Of a stretch of DNA of 64,000 bases, positions 60,786-64,000 are shown one piece after another. The notes beneath the pieces are model-generated. The model saw nothing but the letters and a program-made list of their open reading frames with translations, had not been told where the DNA came from and made no database searches. The DNA lies in the NCBI GenBank assembly GCA_963828255.1, contig CAWHDZ010000008.1:96001-160000 (forward strand). Reading direction: 5' to 3'. How positions within the stretch are numbered: position 1 is the first letter of the stretch; the number at the start of each line of letters is the position of its first letter. The position numbers were made by a program, and so were the translations under genes. Origin of the DNA: an uncultured delta proteobacterium. GTDB lineage: Bacteria > Myxococcota > Myxococcia > Myxococcales > Anaeromyxobacteraceae.

Positions 60786-61622
60786 ATGCCGCTCCCCGCC
60801 ATGCCCGATGGGCTGCACACGAGCATCTCGCAGATGAAGTGCTTCCTGCGGTGCCCGCGGCAGTACGAGCTCAAGTACAAGCTCGGCATCCAGCCGGCGT
60901 TCATGCCCGTGGCGTTCGCGTTCGGCCTGAGCTTCCACGGGGCAGCAGCGGCCCTGTACTCCGAGCTCAAGGCCACCGGCAAGCTCCCGCCCCGGGAGAT
61001 GCTCGTGGACACGTTCAGGGACGCCTGGAGCCGGGCATCCGAGGGCCCGCTCCCGCTCCGGGACGATGAGGACGAGCCCGTGGACTCCGGCGCGGTCACC
61101 GACAAGGGCATCTCGATGCTCGACGTCTTCCACGCCCACGTCGCGAAGACCATGAACGGTCACACCGTCGAGGGTGTGGAGGTCCCGTTCGTGGCTGCGC
61201 TCCATGACCCGGACACGGGAGAAGTCCTCGACGAGCAACTCGTCGGCACGATGGACCTCGTGCTCCGCCACGGGGACCACCGGGTCATCGTCGAGCACAA
61301 GACGTCGGCCAGGAAGTGGTCCGACGACCAACTCGCCTACGACTTGCAGCCGACCGGCTACAAGTTCGCGGCGCAGCAGACCGGGCTGGGTGACGTGGGG
61401 CTCCGGCTCCAGGTGGTCACGAAGACGAAGCTGCCGGTGGTGCAGGTGGCCGACGTGGAGCGTGGTCCCCGGGATGAGGACGACTTCTTGAGGACCGCCG
61501 TCGGGGTCCTGCGCGCCGTCGACGCCGGGGTCGCCTACCCGGTGCGCGGGTGGGCCTGCAAGGGCTGCCAGTTCGCCCACGCCTGCAAGCCTAAGCGGCC
61601 GAAGCTGGCGCTGGTGGCGTAG
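60786..61622 (+). CDS. PD-(D/E)XK RecB/Cas4-like exonuclease with Fe-S cysteines
   Basis: SISQ..RCP, G..FH, GTMDL, EHKT, QPTGY, CKGC...C. Confidence 0.85.
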   Translation: MPLPAMPDGLHTSISQMKCFLRCPRQYELKYKLGIQPAFMPVAFAFGLSFHGAAAALYSELKATGKLPPREMLVDTFRDAWSRASEGPLPLRDDEDEPVDSGAVTDKGISMLDVFHAHVAKTMNGHTVEGVEVPFVAALHDPDTGEVLDEQLVGTMDLVLRHGDHRVIVEHKTSARKWSDDQLAYDLQPTGYKFAAQQTGLGDVGLRLQVVTKTKLPVVQVADVERGPRDEDDFLRTAVGVLRAVDAGVAYPVRGWACKGCQFAHACKPKRPKLALVA

Positions 61623-61629
61623 TTGCAGT

Positions 61630-61658
61630 TGGGGACGGCCAGGTCGGCCGCTTCCCCA
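61630..61658 (+). terminator. Hairpin after the nuclease gene
   Basis: TGGGGA-CGGCC...GGCCG-CT-TCCCCA, weak U-tract. Confidence 0.4.
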
Positions 61659-61881
61659 TTAGCGTTTGGTCACGCCTCGGCCGACGCTAAAGGCAACGTC
61701 ACCGTGAAGGTCGACCTCGTTCTCGACGGTCATCGTTCACCCGGGCCAGCGGGTGCCAGTACCTGACCCTGCCTGAGGCGGCTGCCGGCGGACATGCTGG
61801 TGCGGATCGAGGCCGAGACGAACCCGGCCGTCCCCTCTCGGAGACGACCGGGATCGTCAAGGCGGGCTGTTCGACGGCGTG

Positions 61882-63168
61882 CTAGCCGATCCGCCGCGCC
61901 TCCGCCTGCAGCTCGGAGGCTTCGGGCAGCTTCTCCGAGGTCTTCTTCTTCCACTGCTCCTCGATCAACTCCTTGGCGGCTAGTTCGAGGAACTCCGGCG
62001 CGGCCCAAGCGCGCACGTCGAAATCGTTCTTGATGTAGCCGTGCTTCAGCATGAACTCCTTGCCGGTCTCTACGCACTCAAGGTTCTGAAGCGACAGGTT
62101 CGGCACCATGTCGACGTTCTTGATGCCCTGATAGGTGTCCTCGGGATCACGGTAGAACGTCTGCCGGTCGAGGAGGTGCGCCGCCGCCTCCGGGAACTTG
62201 TTGGCCCAGCGGCCCACCTTGATCATCGCCTTCATGTAGGTGACCACGAGCTCGGGGTGCTCCTTGGCCATCACGTCCGTGCAGGTGATGACCGCAGGGG
62301 TGTTGGCGACCTGCAGCCGGTAGTCCGGGTACCGCGTCAGATCCTCGATCATCCTGATCTTGCCCGTGTCCTCCTGCAGGTGCTGGAAGACCTTGCTCTG
62401 CGTGTAGATCGCGTCGACCTTGCCGCCGAGCAGCGCAGCCTCCATCGGCCGGAACGCGAGGTCGCGCTTGTGATCGCGCGTCGCCCAGAGGTCCGTCGGG
62501 TTGATCAGCGGTTCCAACATCTTCGGGCTGTCGTACCAGTCGTCGGCGTAGGGGAACTCGACGATCTGCACGTCCTTCATGGTCATGTTGTGCAGCATGA
62601 GCATGTTGGCGATTCCCATGTGCTCCTGGATGCGCCACCAGTCGTTCTTGATGGTGTTCAGGCTCTTGGAGAGGGCGATTCGCTTCCCCTTGAGATCGGA
62701 CATGCGATGGATCGGGTCGTCGACGCGCACGGCCATGCAGCCGCCTTCGTAGACCCAGGTGCAGCCGAGCAGCCGGGTCCTGCGGATGTCGGCCTGGACG
62801 TGGATCGGGGGGTACAGCCCGCCGAAGCGGATCAGGTTCTCCTGGTTGTGGATGTAGTGCGGATACCAATCGGTCTCGCGGCGGCTGCGGAAGTACGAGT
62901 AGTCGATGCCCTTGGCCTTGAAGTCGGTCTTGCACCAGCCGAGCTCCTGGTCGATGTTGTTCGCCGACACCATCGGGCAGTTGGTGAAGTAGACCTCTTT
63001 CCAGTTCAGGGCCACCGTGCCGCCCTTTCGGCCGCCTGACGGCGCCGCGGTGGCAGCCTGCGCCTGCGCCACCGGGACGACAGATGAAAGGGCAGCCCCG
63101 GCCGCCATGGTTCCGGCAGCCAGCAGCGCTTCGCGTCGGGTCATGCCGTTACCGTCGTGCTTGCTCAT
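61882..63168 (-). CDS. Tat-exported DszB-like (periplasmic-binding-protein fold) protein
   Basis: TRREAL Tat signal; TNCP, H, RFGG..PP, RTRLLG as in DszB. Confidence 0.8.
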   Translation of the reverse strand: MSKHDGNGMTRREALLAAGTMAAGAALSSVVPVAQAQAATAAPSGGRKGGTVALNWKEVYFTNCPMVSANNIDQELGWCKTDFKAKGIDYSYFRSRRETDWYPHYIHNQENLIRFGGLYPPIHVQADIRRTRLLGCTWVYEGGCMAVRVDDPIHRMSDLKGKRIALSKSLNTIKNDWWRIQEHMGIANMLMLHNMTMKDVQIVEFPYADDWYDSPKMLEPLINPTDLWATRDHKRDLAFRPMEAALLGGKVDAIYTQSKVFQHLQEDTGKIRMIEDLTRYPDYRLQVANTPAVITCTDVMAKEHPELVVTYMKAMIKVGRWANKFPEAAAHLLDRQTFYRDPEDTYQGIKNVDMVPNLSLQNLECVETGKEFMLKHGYIKNDFDVRAWAAPEFLELAAKELIEEQWKKKTSEKLPEASELQAEARRIG

Positions 63169-63222
63169 CGACTCCTCCATCCGTTGAGGTCCTCTCGGAC
63201 CGTTGCCGTCGGCGCCGTTGCA

Positions 63223-63714
63223 CTACTTCGCGGGCGCGAGGATGATCTCGTCGTCCGTGATCGAGGTCTTGACCGGGTAGCCGGCCCTGGCCCAGTCCTT
63301 CATGCCTTCCTTAACGCTCACGGCGTTCTTGTAGCCGAGTTCGTTGAGCACCTTGGTCGCGAGTGCCGCCCGGCCGCCCGTCCTGCAGTAGACGTAGATC
63401 TTCTTGGCCTTGTCCGGGACGGCGGACCAGATGTTGAACTCCAGCACGCCGCGGGCGACGTTGACGGCGCCCGGCACGTGGGCGGCGCTGAACTCGTCGG
63501 GGTTGCGCACGTCGATGATGACGAAGTCCCCCTTGGAGTCGAAGGCGGCCTTGAATTCCGCGAGCGGCACCTGAACCGTCGCAGCCCGCGCCTTCTCGAC
63601 CATCTCCTTGACGGGGGTCGACATCCACGCGGGCTGGGCGGGCGCCTGAGCACCGGCCACCGAGGTGACGGCGAGGCTCATGGCGACTGCGGATGACAAC
63701 AGGATCTTCTTCAT
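63223..63714 (-). CDS. Secreted rhodanese-domain protein
   Basis: Signal peptide, DVR..EF..HVPGA, YCRTGGR. Confidence 0.9.
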   Translation of the reverse strand: MKKILLSSAVAMSLAVTSVAGAQAPAQPAWMSTPVKEMVEKARAATVQVPLAEFKAAFDSKGDFVIIDVRNPDEFSAAHVPGAVNVARGVLEFNIWSAVPDKAKKIYVYCRTGGRAALATKVLNELGYKNAVSVKEGMKDWARAGYPVKTSITDDEIILAPAK

Positions 63715-64000
63715 GGCTCTTTGCTCCTCATCCAGTTCGGCCCGGGCGAAGTGTTCTGATCAGACGGCGTCGATGCGGCAGTATGACTCATGGTTCCCTT
63801 AGTTCACCTCGCGGCCGCTCAGCGCCAGGTCACCTCGACCGGCCTTCGCAATGGAACCCGGTCTGGTGGGGGGTGTCAAAACTCGGGATCCGGGAACGCT
63901 GGCTCTCGGCCCTCGGTGAAGGCGCGGATCCCCTCAATGCGGTCGGGGTGGACGACAGATCGCCAGTGCATGTCCATCATGATCGCGTTGGCCTGCTCCA

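Larger units (their letters stand above)
50306..64000. mobile_element. Integrative element 2 (right end not visible in the window)
   Basis: Starts at the tRNA fragment; tandem GGGTAGCAA at 50362-50381; R-M, radC and DUF932 cargo; more A/T-ending codons. Extent beyond 61.6 kb is uncertain. Confidence 0.6.

Noticed and set aside
60786..61622. Cas4-like nuclease as evidence for CRISPR-Cas
   Set aside because: No repeat-spacer array, cas1 or cas2 seen in the window; the context is an annealase-exonuclease pair.

Overview
High-GC bacterial chromosome segment whose gene content resembles Anaeromyxobacter/Myxococcota (inferred, not searched). Positions 1-41.7 kb are mostly core or auxiliary genes: prolyl oligopeptidase, sirtuin, slyD, kup, mgtE, tnaA, pyc, htpX-nhaR-terC, a Rieske/cytochrome b/multiheme operon, an Lpp-like lipoprotein with two L,D-transpeptidases, carbonic anhydrase and a B12 radical SAM enzyme. 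These are interspersed with pseudogene mosaics collapsed by deletions. From 41.7 kb onward there are two tandem integrated elements at a tRNA-Phe(GAA) site. Only 3' halves of the tRNA are present (41750-41791 and 50258-50305), so the intact tRNA should lie outside the window, probably to the right. Element 1 (about 8.5 kb) carries toxin-antitoxin genes and relics, a Ser/Thr kinase, a serine hydrolase, a structured non-coding region and a regulator-xis-int operon. Its integrase ORF reads through the att site, so excision would swap the integrase C-terminus and couple int to the TA operon. Element 2 (from 50.3 kb) carries a Type III R-M system, a solitary DNA methyltransferase and a divergent DUF932-RadC-X-Rad52-like-Cas4-like nuclease module. 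A Tat-exported DszB-like protein and a rhodanese follow. All product calls come from motif recognition by eye; no database search was run.
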